Shown here in pieces: positions 9,373 through 20,280 of a DNA stretch of 49,976 nucleotides. The stretch covers positions 1 through 49,976 of the IMG/VR virus record IMGVR_UViG_3300032212_000016; one strand, given 5' to 3'. Numbering within the stretch: the stretch's first letter is position 1; each line of letters starts with the position of its first letter. The stretch comes from a virus (taxonomy: Duplodnaviria; Caudoviricetes). The notes under the pieces were generated by a model. It saw nothing but the letters and a program-made list of their open reading frames with translations, ran no database searches and had not been told where the DNA came from. A program made the translations under genes and the position numbers.

Positions 9373-9938
9373 TGAAATACTTTAAAGAGATATATCTATC
9401 AGTACTAACATTGGGATTAATTGTTTCAGTCTCATACAATCTAAAATTATCTAGTGATAAGCAAGAGTTAGAAAATATTGTTGTAGCACAACAAATTGTA
9501 TTAAAGGAGGCTAATAAGTACATATCTTATCTAGAAAAGAAGAAATCTTCTGTAATTACATGTGCTAATAACCAAGAAGATTATATTAATGCTCTAATTA
9601 ATATGGAGAATAAGTATAATATGCCTAAGGGGATATTGCAGAATATAGCATACCATGAAAGTAGGTATAATCCTAATGCTGTATCTCATGCTGGTGCTGT
9701 AGGGATTATGCAGATACACCCTAAATGGCATAAAACAGTAAATCCTTATAATCCATATGAATCTATCAAGTATGGTGCTAAGTATCTAGACAGCCTTTAT
9801 AAGAGATTTGGTAGTTGGGATATGGCATTAGCCGCTTGGAACTGGGGTCAGGGTAATTTATCTAAGTATACCTACCACAAGGCTCCATTGGAAACAAGAA
9901 ACTTTGTTAAGAATGTTATGACAGGAGTAGTTGTATGA
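9372..9938 (+). CDS. Lytic transglycosylase (SLT domain) with N-terminal membrane anchor
   Basis: HESRYNPNAVSHAGAVGIMQ and ALAAWNWG; hydrophobic N-terminus; probable start at ATG 9372 (TAATG coupling). Confidence 0.9.
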   Translation: MKYFKEIYLSVLTLGLIVSVSYNLKLSSDKQELENIVVAQQIVLKEANKYISYLEKKKSSVITCANNQEDYINALINMENKYNMPKGILQNIAYHESRYNPNAVSHAGAVGIMQIHPKWHKTVNPYNPYESIKYGAKYLDSLYKRFGSWDMALAAWNWGQGNLSKYTYHKAPLETRNFVKNVMTGVVV

Positions 9939-10231
9939 GTTTAGGAGATCAACAAAGGGAATTCTCCCTAAAAATAGCCCAACTGATTGTATGGGCTTAT
10001 GAAAATGGTTATGAAATAACAGTAGGGGACTTCTGGGCAAAGGAAGGACATGTAAAAGGGTCTTTCCATTATAAAAGATTGGCAGCAGACCTTAACCTGT
10101 TTATTGATGGAGAATATCAAACTACAACAGAATCCCATCGACCATTAGGAGAACAATGGAAGAAGATGGGTGGTTCATGGGGAGGAGATTTCCCCCGTAA
10201 AGATGGAAACCATTACTCATGGGGGGAATAA
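9935..10231 (+). CDS. Peptidase M15 family endolysin (compact)
   Basis: SFHYKRLAADL, WGGDF and DGNHYS motifs. Confidence 0.88.
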   Translation: MSLGDQQREFSLKIAQLIVWAYENGYEITVGDFWAKEGHVKGSFHYKRLAADLNLFIDGEYQTTTESHRPLGEQWKKMGGSWGGDFPRKDGNHYSWGE

Positions 10232-10234
10232 TAT

Positions 10235-10600
10235 ATGTTAGGATTTATAACAAGTCTGTTTAGTTCAGGAGCTATGAGTTCTATAGAGAGAATTGCAAGT
10301 GAGGCAATTGAAACTGATAAAGAATCAGCAGAAGCTAAGTCTTTATTTGTAAAAACATTAGATCCTAACGGTAAAATGAGGAGGGATTTATCACAGTTTG
10401 CTAGTGCAGCTTATGGGTTTTACTTATTAAGTACTACTATATTAATATTTATGCATGCATTTAATATAGGAGATGCCAATGGTTCTAAGGAAGCAATGTC
10501 TGCTATGAAGGAATTATTCTTACCTATAACAGCAGCTTGGGGTTCTATAGTTACAGCTAGTTTTGGTGTAAATGGGGTTAACTCATTTAAAAAACAATAG
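10235..10600 (+). CDS. Putative holin
   Basis: Hydrophobic segments; follows the endolysin. Confidence 0.6.
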   Translation: MLGFITSLFSSGAMSSIERIASEAIETDKESAEAKSLFVKTLDPNGKMRRDLSQFASAAYGFYLLSTTILIFMHAFNIGDANGSKEAMSAMKELFLPITAAWGSIVTASFGVNGVNSFKKQ

Positions 10601-10603
10601 GTA

Positions 10604-10635
10604 ATAAAAAAGCCCCTTATTGGGGCTTTATTTTT
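10604..10635. terminator. Bidirectional rho-independent terminator between converging genome arms
   Basis: AAAGCCCC-TTATT-GGGGCTTT flanked by A and T tracts. Confidence 0.9.
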
Positions 10636-10651
10636 GGATTAGTTTTATTTA

Positions 10652-10837
10652 CTAATCTTTCCATTTACCAGTACGTATTCTATTAGATAGAATTATCCAT
10701 ATCCTTAAACCAGTCCATGCAATAGTAAATGCAGCAGCTATAGGGGGAAGTAACTCAATTATAGCCCCCACTGTTACAAATCCAGCAACACCATCAGCAC
10801 TATGCTTAATAACTTCATTAACATGATTACTACTCAT
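10652..10837 (-). CDS. Small membrane protein, holin-like
   Basis: Hydrophobic core with basic C-terminus. Confidence 0.55.
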   Translation of the reverse strand: MSSNHVNEVIKHSADGVAGFVTVGAIIELLPPIAAAFTIAWTGLRIWIILSNRIRTGKWKD

Positions 10838-13779
10838 TATTTATTCTCCATATCTAGTAAGTAATACAAACCCTTACCATAAGGAGGTACGTGTTTGAGT
10901 GAATTGAAACTTTCTCCGAAGTTCATTAAATCTTTTACTGCATCATCAAATATACCTACAGGGGGCATAGCTAAAGTAGTCATAGCTACCAATGGGTCTC
11001 CTCTCCCAATCTGATCTAAAACATATTTAGATAATCCATAGTTTCTATACATCTGGGCTATAACCATATCTTCAAATTCTACATCTTCTCCCCTTATCCA
11101 TGCTTTGCTTTGTTCAACAGTAGCATTAGATAATCCTAAGATACCTGTCCATTTAGCTAGATTAGATAACCCAGTGACAGGATCACCTCCTCTTATTTTT
11201 TGATATGCCTCTCTACGGACTAAATCTAATTGTTTTAGTGTAAAGGTTTTAAGCATATAGAAAATTCTAGCATTAGGATGTCTTAAGTATGATACAGGCA
11301 TCTCAGATAAAGATACAGGTTGTATACGTGTTAATTCATGCCATAACATATACTTAACATCAGGAGTAGTCCTACCTATTTTTAAATCATTAAGTAAGTT
11401 ACTCATTTGTTCAGGTGTATAAGCATCCTTATATTTATCTATAAGTTTATTTCTACCTTTCTTAGTTTTAGCCATTTTACCAAACTTGTGTAAAGATGCA
11501 TTAATTACAGTCTCTTTACCAAGCCTATCAATAGCTTTGAACCCCGACCAACCTAATGATTTATCTAATATCTTAGCAGTAGTCCCTAGATGCTCAAACT
11601 CTTGAACTATATTATTAAGCCCAAAGTCTTCCATAGTAAGAGATACTTTTCTACCAATAACTAAAGGTACAGTACGTACTGTTTCCATTACACCAGTAAT
11701 ATATGCACTATTACCAACATCACCTAATTGGGTCATAGCAGATAATGGATTACCTAAAGTAGCAGAATAAAGAATATTCTTAAGGCCCGATATGGCTTTA
11801 TGTGGTGCTCTTGTACCCTCTACAAATCTAGCTGTTAATAATTCTTCTAAACGTGGGATATCATCAGCAATTATTTCTCCATTATCAAATAATCTTTTAA
11901 CCATACCCCCAATAGAATTAGATATAAATCCTGAATGGGGAACAGTAGATCCTTTCTTTCCACCAAAGAACATAGTTTCCATTATCCTTGGTTCTATAGA
12001 AGTAACATAGTTAGCAAAAGATTCAATAGGATCTCTATAGAAATCTATATTTTCCCTATTATATTCACCAATAACCCTACTTTTCATATGGGTTGTGGTT
12101 CTACCGCCGCCTTTATATGGGGTAGATAATGCCTTATTTAATGCTTCTGAAATTTCATCCCTATTTAAATATTTAGAAGCTTCTTTCATAGTAACATGAC
12201 TCTTAACCTTATTAGGTCCTGAGAGTTTAAATTTACTATTAATAGTATTTGATAAGACCTCATCAATATATCTGGCTTCAAACCCCATATACCTAGCATA
12301 CTTAGCATAATCTTTTACTTCCATAGGGAAATAATTATCTAATTTCTTAAGACCCATTCCCGCTACTTCGGAACGATTATAAACATCAGTAAAGTAATCA
12401 TAGATCTTATTCTCTATATTAGCCTTAGCCTCTGGAGATGCATTACTTTTTCCAATTAACTCCCTTACAATTCCTTTATTCCCATTACCTAATGCAATGT
12501 TAAAATCAATCTTAGTACTATCATCAAGACCATCATATACTTTCTTTAAGCTATCTTTAACGTCAAGACCATGTTTCATAGCTATAGCTGTGTCCATGTC
12601 AAGACGCTTAATAGTATGTCTTAGATTACTATGAATAAGTCCTATCTCAGTAGATAGATTACCAAATACATCCTGAGTAAACTTATGGGCTTTAGATAAA
12701 CCAGAATACATCTTACCTTTAATAGAATCAGCATCTTTAGTGATTTTATCATACTTTACCTTAATAGCATCATCACTAAGGTTAATATCTCTTATCCAAT
12801 CATGTCTCTTAGCTAATTCTTTACGTACCTTGTTTGGTATATAAGACTCATTAATAGCTCTTTTTACTGCTTGTTCATCATCCGCTAGCCCCTTAGCTTT
12901 AAATTCTTGGGCCTTAACTTCTATTTTACCAATAGATTTTTTAAATTGTCTATTAAAGTTAGCAGCACCTAATTCTTTTGTACCCCATTTAGCAGCTTTA
13001 AAACCACCAATAAGTATAGGGGCAGCAATAGCTCCAATCTTAGCGGACGTAACCACTTCATCTGGATTAACCTTTCCCTTCTCCGATAACTGTCTGGATA
13101 AATTATCCGCAGCAGCTATTCCTCCTCCCAAGGCAGCCGAACCTCCCACACCAGCAGTTACTTTTGAAATCTCCTGTACTTTATTAGATGCACCTATCCC
13201 CTTAGCAGCAACCCCAGCTTTAGCAGCAGCATACTCCCAACCAATAGGAGTAAGTAATAGTTCTGGATCAGCCATAAAGGTATTAGCCACCTCCGCTAAC
13301 ATACCAGAAGGATCCTCAGATACAGCCTCTTTAAAACCTTCCCAAGAGAAACCGCTCTCTAATTCACCAGCATCATAAGCCTTTTCCATCTTCTGATACA
13401 TAGTACCATAGGCATCAATTAATTTGTTATGTTCGTCCTCTAAATCCTTAGTATACCCATCTTGTCCTGATATCCATTCAATCTCATCAAGTCTTTCATT
13501 CATAGAGTCCAAAATAGGGATACTCTTAATGAATTCATCCTTCTCTATTCTTTCTTTCTTACGGTATGTACTTTCTGGAGTAGTTAACCAATTAATTAGA
13601 TGAGCAGGAATACTCTCTTCCTTAATTAATTCTATAGGCGATCGTAATCTCTCAAAACCTTTTATAGGCTTCATCTCACCTTTAGGTTCATCATTATAAT
13701 CTGTAGGTATTTCTGAAGGTACATTTTCCCAACCTCCTTCAGATACAGTGGGTCCTGATACATTCTCCCATTCAGCCAT
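10837..13779 (-). CDS. Large internal virion / DNA ejection protein
   Basis: 980 aa, last of three ejection-type genes, with Ala/Gly-rich segments; positional inference. Confidence 0.65.
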   Translation of the reverse strand: MAEWENVSGPTVSEGGWENVPSEIPTDYNDEPKGEMKPIKGFERLRSPIELIKEESIPAHLINWLTTPESTYRKKERIEKDEFIKSIPILDSMNERLDEIEWISGQDGYTKDLEDEHNKLIDAYGTMYQKMEKAYDAGELESGFSWEGFKEAVSEDPSGMLAEVANTFMADPELLLTPIGWEYAAAKAGVAAKGIGASNKVQEISKVTAGVGGSAALGGGIAAADNLSRQLSEKGKVNPDEVVTSAKIGAIAAPILIGGFKAAKWGTKELGAANFNRQFKKSIGKIEVKAQEFKAKGLADDEQAVKRAINESYIPNKVRKELAKRHDWIRDINLSDDAIKVKYDKITKDADSIKGKMYSGLSKAHKFTQDVFGNLSTEIGLIHSNLRHTIKRLDMDTAIAMKHGLDVKDSLKKVYDGLDDSTKIDFNIALGNGNKGIVRELIGKSNASPEAKANIENKIYDYFTDVYNRSEVAGMGLKKLDNYFPMEVKDYAKYARYMGFEARYIDEVLSNTINSKFKLSGPNKVKSHVTMKEASKYLNRDEISEALNKALSTPYKGGGRTTTHMKSRVIGEYNRENIDFYRDPIESFANYVTSIEPRIMETMFFGGKKGSTVPHSGFISNSIGGMVKRLFDNGEIIADDIPRLEELLTARFVEGTRAPHKAISGLKNILYSATLGNPLSAMTQLGDVGNSAYITGVMETVRTVPLVIGRKVSLTMEDFGLNNIVQEFEHLGTTAKILDKSLGWSGFKAIDRLGKETVINASLHKFGKMAKTKKGRNKLIDKYKDAYTPEQMSNLLNDLKIGRTTPDVKYMLWHELTRIQPVSLSEMPVSYLRHPNARIFYMLKTFTLKQLDLVRREAYQKIRGGDPVTGLSNLAKWTGILGLSNATVEQSKAWIRGEDVEFEDMVIAQMYRNYGLSKYVLDQIGRGDPLVAMTTLAMPPVGIFDDAVKDLMNFGESFNSLKHVPPYGKGLYYLLDMENK

Positions 13780-14669
13780 TATATTTTCCTACGCTGTACG
13801 GTACCATCTGGTAACTTACGGTATTCATAACCATCTTCTGTCCAAGTCTCGATACCTCCCTCATCTCTATCAACACCAAAGTAATCTAATAATACTTTAC
13901 TCATTCCGGGATTAAATTTTATATTTTCTTCTTTTAGTTTTTTACCAGAACCAAATAAAGTTTCTTCATAAATAGTACTTCCTAACGCTTCAATCTCTTG
14001 GGCAGCTAAATCCATAGCCTCTTCATCACTAATAGACTGATTTAATTGTTTAGCATCAACTATTAGTTTTTGTGCTCTGGAAGCAATAGTACGTCCTAAA
14101 ACTCTATTATCCTTTGAACTAAATCCAAATCCCCAACCCTCTTCTCCAAAAGATTCACTTTGTTTTACCCAATCAGTAGCAGTTTCAATCTGCTCTTTAC
14201 TAGGTCTAGAAGGCTTAGTTACTTTAGTTAGTGATTCCTTCCCTGTTATAGATTTTAATGTCTTGAAATTATGGAGTTGCCCTTTCTCATCTTTCTGAGC
14301 ATAACCAATCATTTGACCATTAGAATAAATAGGTTTCATATTGCCATATTTTTTATCTTTCTTAGGTATTTGTTTAAGTGCTAATTGCTCCATCTCCATA
14401 GCAGTCTTATATTCACCTAATCCCATAGCAATCTCAGAAGATTTACGAGTTTCTTCAGGAGTACTAAATCCAGAACCCTCTAGAGATGCTCTTAATCTAG
14501 TCTTACGATCCCTCTCAGTTAACCAGTCCTCCATCTTAAGAGCTTTCATCTGTAACTCTTGTTGGACATTCTGCTCTGATAAATAGTCTCTTCTCCCTTT
14601 ACCTTCGGCCTGAGCTATATCAAGGGGGGAGACTTTAGTACCTCTGGCGATCTCTTCTAAAATTCCCAT
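13779..14669 (-). CDS. Putative internal virion / ejection protein
   Basis: Position between two ejection-type genes. Confidence 0.55.
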   Translation of the reverse strand: MGILEEIARGTKVSPLDIAQAEGKGRRDYLSEQNVQQELQMKALKMEDWLTERDRKTRLRASLEGSGFSTPEETRKSSEIAMGLGEYKTAMEMEQLALKQIPKKDKKYGNMKPIYSNGQMIGYAQKDEKGQLHNFKTLKSITGKESLTKVTKPSRPSKEQIETATDWVKQSESFGEEGWGFGFSSKDNRVLGRTIASRAQKLIVDAKQLNQSISDEEAMDLAAQEIEALGSTIYEETLFGSGKKLKEENIKFNPGMSKVLLDYFGVDRDEGGIETWTEDGYEYRKLPDGTVQRRKI

Positions 14670-15532
14670 TAGTTAAATCCTGCATTTTGTTCAACCAACA
14701 TACCTGCTTGGGTAGCCCCTGTATCTCCTATCCAAGTTGATTGGTAGGGGGAACCATATCCACCAAAAGCAGGCTGTTGGTAGCCTCTCCCGTATTGATA
14801 CGCAGCTAATCCACTAGTTAAAGTATTCGCTATTCCTAGTGTACCAGCAGCCCTTGCTTTACCTATATCAGATTGATATCCTGCGATCCCCCTATTAATA
14901 TCACTTACAGAACCAGCATATTGAGCACCTAAATTAGATGCAGCACCTGCTGCTTGTTGTCCAGTAGAAGCAAGATTAGAGTATTGTCCAAGACGGAATA
15001 TACCCTCCCCCCTTCTCAATTGATAGTCTTGTAATGATCTACCACGAGCAGCTTGAAATTCTTGGGCTGCCATACGTTGACCATAATCCTGTAAACCTAT
15101 CCCTAATTTACCAGAGAACCTTTCACCCCCACGAGCAGCCATACGCTCTAGTCCTTGGTATCCTTGACTTAGACGGAACTGATATCCCGGATCTTCTCTG
15201 TATTGATCTAGCCCAAAACCACCCCATTTAGGTAGCTGATCCTGAGCAAGCATCTGTTCATATGTTTCAAGACCTCTTTGCCCTGCTTCACGATAGGGGG
15301 CAAGATTAGCCTGACCTATATCATATTGTCTTTTCTGCTCTTCTAATGATCTTTGTTGTTGTGATAGACCAGCAGCCTGTCCAGCAGCAGCTTGCTTAGA
15401 GGCTTTCCTAGAAGAAACAAGACCAAGCCCGACTGAAAATGCAGTAGACAAACTTAAAGTACTAGAGTCAATAAAACCTTTAATAACTTTAAGAGGATTT
15501 ATAAAGTTCAATATATCATTAATTTTAATCAT
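14669..15532 (-). CDS. DNA ejection protein (P22 gp7-like)
   Basis: Q/A/G-rich, with NLAPYREAG and DPGYQFRL.QG motifs. Confidence 0.75.
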   Translation of the reverse strand: MIKINDILNFINPLKVIKGFIDSSTLSLSTAFSVGLGLVSSRKASKQAAAGQAAGLSQQQRSLEEQKRQYDIGQANLAPYREAGQRGLETYEQMLAQDQLPKWGGFGLDQYREDPGYQFRLSQGYQGLERMAARGGERFSGKLGIGLQDYGQRMAAQEFQAARGRSLQDYQLRRGEGIFRLGQYSNLASTGQQAAGAASNLGAQYAGSVSDINRGIAGYQSDIGKARAAGTLGIANTLTSGLAAYQYGRGYQQPAFGGYGSPYQSTWIGDTGATQAGMLVEQNAGFN

Positions 15533-15969
15533 TTTATACTCTTAGTATAGTTAGCTTCAATATGGGAATACCCTAGTTTTTTAAACATTTTTTCATTGTC
15601 TATATGAATCTTTCTAGACATAAACACTCTCTTAACTTTTTTGTCTTTATACAATTTTTCTGCGTATTCAAACATCCCTGTTCCATTACCATTACCTCTA
15701 TTTTCAGGTAATAGATAATAGAATAAAACTGCACAAGTTAATAAGTTTTTATAAAATATATCATACTGTATAAAAGATACATGAAAACCTACTAACTCAC
15801 CGTTTTCTCTAGCTGTGATTACCTGTAAGTCTTCAATACTCGATAATAATTCATGATTAAAATCTGGAATTTGTTTATCAGGATATATATCTACTTCCTC
15901 AGCAAATTTTGGAATTAGTTTATCCATCTCCCTGATAATATGTTTATAGTTTTCTTCTTTATATTCCAT
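15529..15969 (-). CDS. GNAT family acetyltransferase
   Basis: YLLPENRGNGNG acetyl-CoA binding motif; typical position before ejection genes. Confidence 0.8.
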   Translation of the reverse strand: MEYKEENYKHIIREMDKLIPKFAEEVDIYPDKQIPDFNHELLSSIEDLQVITARENGELVGFHVSFIQYDIFYKNLLTCAVLFYYLLPENRGNGNGTGMFEYAEKLYKDKKVKRVFMSRKIHIDNEKMFKKLGYSHIEANYTKSIK

Positions 15970-16021
15970 AATATTTATAGTATTAAATACTACGAATTCT
16001 CCCTACAAGTATTTAGTTTTA

Positions 16022-16297
16022 TTATTCATCATTAATCAGTAATATATCTTTATTTAATAACAAATTATTCTGATCTACCATATTGTTTCTAAATGATTCA
16101 ACTGCTGCTCCAGTCTGTCGTTGCATTTGGGAATTTTCAATTAATAAAATATTATTCCACAAAATAGCGCAATCATATTCATCCACTGGTTCACCTGATT
16201 GTGGATCTGCACCCCTCAGTTTCTGGAAAAATTTACATTTAAACTCGATGCAATCTTTTTTAATTAAAGGACAATATGTTCCATCACTTTTACGCAT
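16022..16297 (-). CDS. Cys-rich tail-associated protein
   Basis: CPL..DC..KC...CA and QTGAAVESFRN; follows a fibre gene. Confidence 0.65.
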   Translation of the reverse strand: MRKSDGTYCPLIKKDCIEFKCKFFQKLRGADPQSGEPVDEYDCAILWNNILLIENSQMQRQTGAAVESFRNNMVDQNNLLLNKDILLINDE

Positions 16298-16878
16298 TAG
16301 TCTTTGCTCGCTATAATTAAATCAACATATTGTAAATCAAAATTAGTTAATCCATGAGAATGGCCACCACCGCCACCGAACGATGCGTGAGTATGATTGC
16401 CACCTGCGTTCGTTGTTGGTGTTTCATTATTTGAGTTGGAGGTAGTGCTAATCTCTCCCGATGATGAGCCACTACCAACCTTATAATGGGATATATCATG
16501 TGTATGCGTTCCAGACGCGCCATGAGTATGTGAGGGTATGTGTGCCTCAAGAAGTGTAAAGCTATCTGTTGATTTTCCGCTACCAAACGTAGTGGTAAAC
16601 GCACCTGTGCCTCCACTCCCTACTGTTCCACTCACTACTCTCAAAGCTTTATCGTTATGGGTAGTTTGTTTCGTCCATCCTGTAGGGGCTGCGGTTTGCT
16701 GGAATAGCATTAATGTACCAGATGGAAATGGTAAAAGACCATTTGGGTCTGAAATACTTCCAGTAAATGTCGCTCCACTTAATTCAGCTTTGTCATTATT
16801 CAGATTAGTAAAGTTAGCATCCATCTCTGTATGAGATAGAGCACTTCCCTTTCCACTTCTTGTAACTATTGTTGCCAT
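16297..16878 (-). CDS. Short tail fibre-like protein
   Basis: KGSALSHTEMDANF N-terminus, APTGW collar-like motif, HxH repeats. Confidence 0.75.
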   Translation of the reverse strand: MATIVTRSGKGSALSHTEMDANFTNLNNDKAELSGATFTGSISDPNGLLPFPSGTLMLFQQTAAPTGWTKQTTHNDKALRVVSGTVGSGGTGAFTTTFGSGKSTDSFTLLEAHIPSHTHGASGTHTHDISHYKVGSGSSSGEISTTSNSNNETPTTNAGGNHTHASFGGGGGHSHGLTNFDLQYVDLIIASKD

Positions 16879-16889
16879 ATTTTAAATTC

Positions 16890-17162
16890 CTAAGCTATAA
16901 TTGCTCTATCTTGAACCCTACGCCAGTTTGTACCATCGGTAAACGCTAATGTAGAACCACCCGTCTCATCTGAAACATAAATTATTGAACTAAAATCTGT
17001 ACCATCTGAGTACATATTAGCATCAGGGACTGTAGCAACGGTATACCCTTTAATCATGAAAGGCCCATTACCTATACGTTCAAATATATTATTCAACCAT
17101 GTACGCCATACACTATCAAACTCTAATGTATATGGTGGGGGACTAATTCTTATATGACTCAT
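16890..17162 (-). CDS. Hypothetical virion protein
   Basis: AFTDGTNWRRV motif common in tail proteins. Confidence 0.6.
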   Translation of the reverse strand: MSHIRISPPPYTLEFDSVWRTWLNNIFERIGNGPFMIKGYTVATVPDANMYSDGTDFSSIIYVSDETGGSTLAFTDGTNWRRVQDRAIIA

Positions 17163-18691
17163 GAAGAACCCCCAGAGACATCGTAGTTTAAAGCCTCTAT
17201 CCTGAATACTTCATCCCCGCTATATTCTAATTGATATGTCCTACGGCCATATTTACCAATACGGCTTAATTTCTCCCTTTTAGAAGTATCAACTGTTCTA
17301 GTAGAAGTAAAAGTAGAGTGATCAGTATCAGACCATTTAATTGTTAAGGTTTGAGGATTCGATGTATAATCCCCAACATACTCTAATGTACGTCCAAACT
17401 TACCCTTATTACTGTTAGAATCAATATGTCCAACCCTTAATATAAAATTAATATTAGAACCTACTAGTGATCCAAAGGGGGCTATATAATCAGTAACAAC
17501 ATAATCATCTTCATTTTCTATATAATATTTTATATCAAACTGGTCTATAGGTGAAAAAGTATCTTTCAGTGTTATTAAATCACCATTAGTAAGGATACCT
17601 GTTCCAAATCTAGATGCAGATGAAGTAGTCCAATCTATAACAGGAAAACCACTAATAGAGGATAATTCTGACATAGAAGAATTCCATACACCCCATAAAC
17701 CAGTAGTTTTATCATATACAAATGTAATAACAGGGCTAATAGCATCTGGTGTAGTATGTAATGTTACCGCTATAAAAGTATGACCTCTCGCAGCAAAACC
17801 AGAAACTAATGGAAAAAATGAACCATCTGCATAAGTATTAGTTAAAAATGAGTTAAATTCTGGATCACTAATTTGTTGTAATTTAAAATTAGATATATGG
17901 TATACCCCATAGTCACCTCGTTGGGTTCTACCTATAAAATATAAATCATCCCCATCTTCCCAGATACCATCCTCATAAGGACACCCTATATTATAGAAGA
18001 TGTCTTGCCTACGGGATATTACAGAACCTACAGGATTGGCAGCATTATAAAAGAATTCAATAGTTGATCTACCACATACTACAATATGGTCATGATGTCT
18101 TCCTAAATATACACCGTCATCGGATTCTCTTTCAGCCTCTACAAAATTAGTAGAGGTCCAAGATGTAGCATCGTCTAAATCACTATGGTAAATAATCCCT
18201 GAATCATCTATTAAGAACAAATAGCCGTCTAAAGTAGTTCCTCCCCCAGCTATAGTAGAAGGTAGATCTACATCAGTTACCTGAGCCAATACTCCCGCTG
18301 TTGTTATTGTCCATACTTCATTATTTTCTGGATCCACAACAACTAGTACTGAACCAACTTCATGAAAAGAACATTTACCAGTACCAGATGTTATTGTTCC
18401 AATAACAGTATCATAGTTTACTTTATAAATTGTATCATCATTAATAAAATAATCAGAAGTTGCAGCGTCCCAGTAATAGATTCCCCTTCCTTTATCCTTT
18501 ACTACGGTATCAGAAGCATCATACAACATATTAATAGAAGGTCTCTGAGTAGCTACTATTCTTTCTCCAGTATCAGATTCTACTTTACTAACTATAGCAT
18601 TCTCCATATAAGAGGAATAATCAGTAACAGTACCCCCTGAGAAAGAGGAAATCTTCATATTTCTAGCTACAGGTAATCTAAACTCAGCCAT
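17159..18691 (-). CDS. Tail nozzle / packaged DNA stabilization protein (P22 gp10-like)
   Basis: LDGYF, AE.ESD, STIEFF and TFVYD..T.LW patterns; beta-propeller character. Confidence 0.8.
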   Translation of the reverse strand: MAEFRLPVARNMKISSFSGGTVTDYSSYMENAIVSKVESDTGERIVATQRPSINMLYDASDTVVKDKGRGIYYWDAATSDYFINDDTIYKVNYDTVIGTITSGTGKCSFHEVGSVLVVVDPENNEVWTITTAGVLAQVTDVDLPSTIAGGGTTLDGYLFLIDDSGIIYHSDLDDATSWTSTNFVEAERESDDGVYLGRHHDHIVVCGRSTIEFFYNAANPVGSVISRRQDIFYNIGCPYEDGIWEDGDDLYFIGRTQRGDYGVYHISNFKLQQISDPEFNSFLTNTYADGSFFPLVSGFAARGHTFIAVTLHTTPDAISPVITFVYDKTTGLWGVWNSSMSELSSISGFPVIDWTTSSASRFGTGILTNGDLITLKDTFSPIDQFDIKYYIENEDDYVVTDYIAPFGSLVGSNINFILRVGHIDSNSNKGKFGRTLEYVGDYTSNPQTLTIKWSDTDHSTFTSTRTVDTSKREKLSRIGKYGRRTYQLEYSGDEVFRIEALNYDVSGGSS

Positions 18692-19631
18692 AAGGATTAT
18701 TCTCAGGCTGTAATTGGAAACCGTCTTCTATATCAAAAGACCTAGCTAAATCTAAATACATCATAGCCATTTCTCTGATATAAGATCTCTCAAATCTAGG
18801 TACACCATATTTAGTACAAGATAAGGCAGCTAGATTAAATGATAATGTTAGATACCATTCTTGGGGAAAATCAGCATCATCATTTGCCGCATCAAAATCC
18901 TCTAGAGTACGCTGTACCCATAAGGTTAAATATTTATCTACACTATCCGTTTCGGGCCATACAAACAATTTTCCTGTTCCTACCTGAGGATCATAATATA
19001 TTTGATTGGTAGACCCATCATTAGTCTTGTTTGGTAACTCAATATATTCCTGTCTACTCATCGTCCATATAGGAGTATCATTATTATCTATACTATTAGT
19101 AATCATAGAATTACTAATCTTCATAGGACGATTAGCTTTAGATGTATAAAAATATACTGTTACTCCACTAGAAACGTCATCAGTTAAGGCATCTGTAAGA
19201 GTTACAGTAGATCCTGATGGAGTACCATTAATAGTAGTCCATTGCATAGTTCCATCATCTAGTTTGATGCCTATATAATCCCCTGACACCATATTACTAA
19301 TAGATGTAACTGTTATTGTAGTATCAGTACTTGATGATACAGCCGAGGTTGTAGTTCTATTGTACTCAGAAGAAAAATGATCTGTGGTTGTACTGCTTAA
19401 ACTATATTCATTTTTATTCTTCTCCAAATATACATATAATTTTTGCAAGGCAAACAGATTCAACCCATCACCTTGAAGGGCCTTAACTAACATATTTAGT
19501 GTACGTGACATTGATGTTAATTGGTCAGAGGAAGGAGATTGTCCCTCAGCTAAAACACCCATTTGCTCTAAGGCTTCTGTTATAATATCATCCCTAGATA
19601 CAGAGAAATCAATACTTCCCGAAGTTGCCAT
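18684..19631 (-). CDS. Head-tail adaptor protein
   Basis: DIITEAL, SRQEY..LPNK, WP and FPQEW...L..NLA patterns; precedes the nozzle gene. Confidence 0.75.
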   Translation of the reverse strand: MATSGSIDFSVSRDDIITEALEQMGVLAEGQSPSSDQLTSMSRTLNMLVKALQGDGLNLFALQKLYVYLEKNKNEYSLSSTTTDHFSSEYNRTTTSAVSSSTDTTITVTSISNMVSGDYIGIKLDDGTMQWTTINGTPSGSTVTLTDALTDDVSSGVTVYFYTSKANRPMKISNSMITNSIDNNDTPIWTMSRQEYIELPNKTNDGSTNQIYYDPQVGTGKLFVWPETDSVDKYLTLWVQRTLEDFDAANDDADFPQEWYLTLSFNLAALSCTKYGVPRFERSYIREMAMMYLDLARSFDIEDGFQLQPENNPYG

Positions 19632-19978
19632 TATATATGTCCCGGATCTGAAAAATTTAATATTCTCTGCATTAATCTAGCAAAAGACTTTTTAACCCCA
19701 TCCATCTTAATCCACCTTTTTAATCTATTTGATACAGTCTCATCCCACACAGAGGGTAATTCAAATGAGTATAGAGACATAACCCAATTATACATAATAT
19801 CAAGTACAAAGAATATTGCTGCAAAAGCTTTAAAAGGCCATTCAGTAATATTCCATAAAATAATTTTAAATTTTGTATCTTGTTCTATGACCCAATTATA
19901 ATACTTCATCATTATGGTAAAAATTATCACCATACGTATAACGAAAGATACATTTAAATATATAAATGTACTAATCAT
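19631..19978 (-). CDS. Hypothetical membrane protein
   Basis: Hydrophobic segments; ETVS.RL...DPGH. Confidence 0.65.
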   Translation of the reverse strand: MISTFIYLNVSFVIRMVIIFTIMMKYYNWVIEQDTKFKIILWNITEWPFKAFAAIFFVLDIMYNWVMSLYSFELPSVWDETVSNRLKRWIKMDGVKKSFARLMQRILNFSDPGHI

Positions 19979-20280
19979 AGCGTGTTCTCATTAAATGTTC
20001 CTGTAGGAATAGTAGTATCAGCACCTTGGTCAGATACTGTTGGGCTTACATCAGTTCCTTCTGATGAAGGATTAACTATTGTAGCAGATATTTTATCTTT
20101 ACGTGATCTAACAAAATCTTGTGGGTGTCTAACTTCATAGTCTTCAGAACATACTAGCATTCCATCCCATCTACGTTTAATATCAGACGCATAAATGTCC
20201 ATACCACAAACATCACATTCTACCCAATTATCACCTTCTTTATATCCGGGATTAAATATATGTTTACCATGAGAACTCAT
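19975..20280 (-). CDS. Zn-binding hypothetical protein
   Basis: CDVCG...WDGMLVC...HPQDF. Confidence 0.7.
   Translation of the reverse strand: MSSHGKHIFNPGYKEGDNWVECDVCGMDIYASDIKRRWDGMLVCSEDYEVRHPQDFVRSRKDKISATIVNPSSEGTDVSPTVSDQGADTTIPTGTFNENTL

Noticed and set aside
10837-13779. Virion RNA polymerase recognising hairpin promoters
   Set aside because: No polymerase motifs recognised; position and composition fit an ejection protein.
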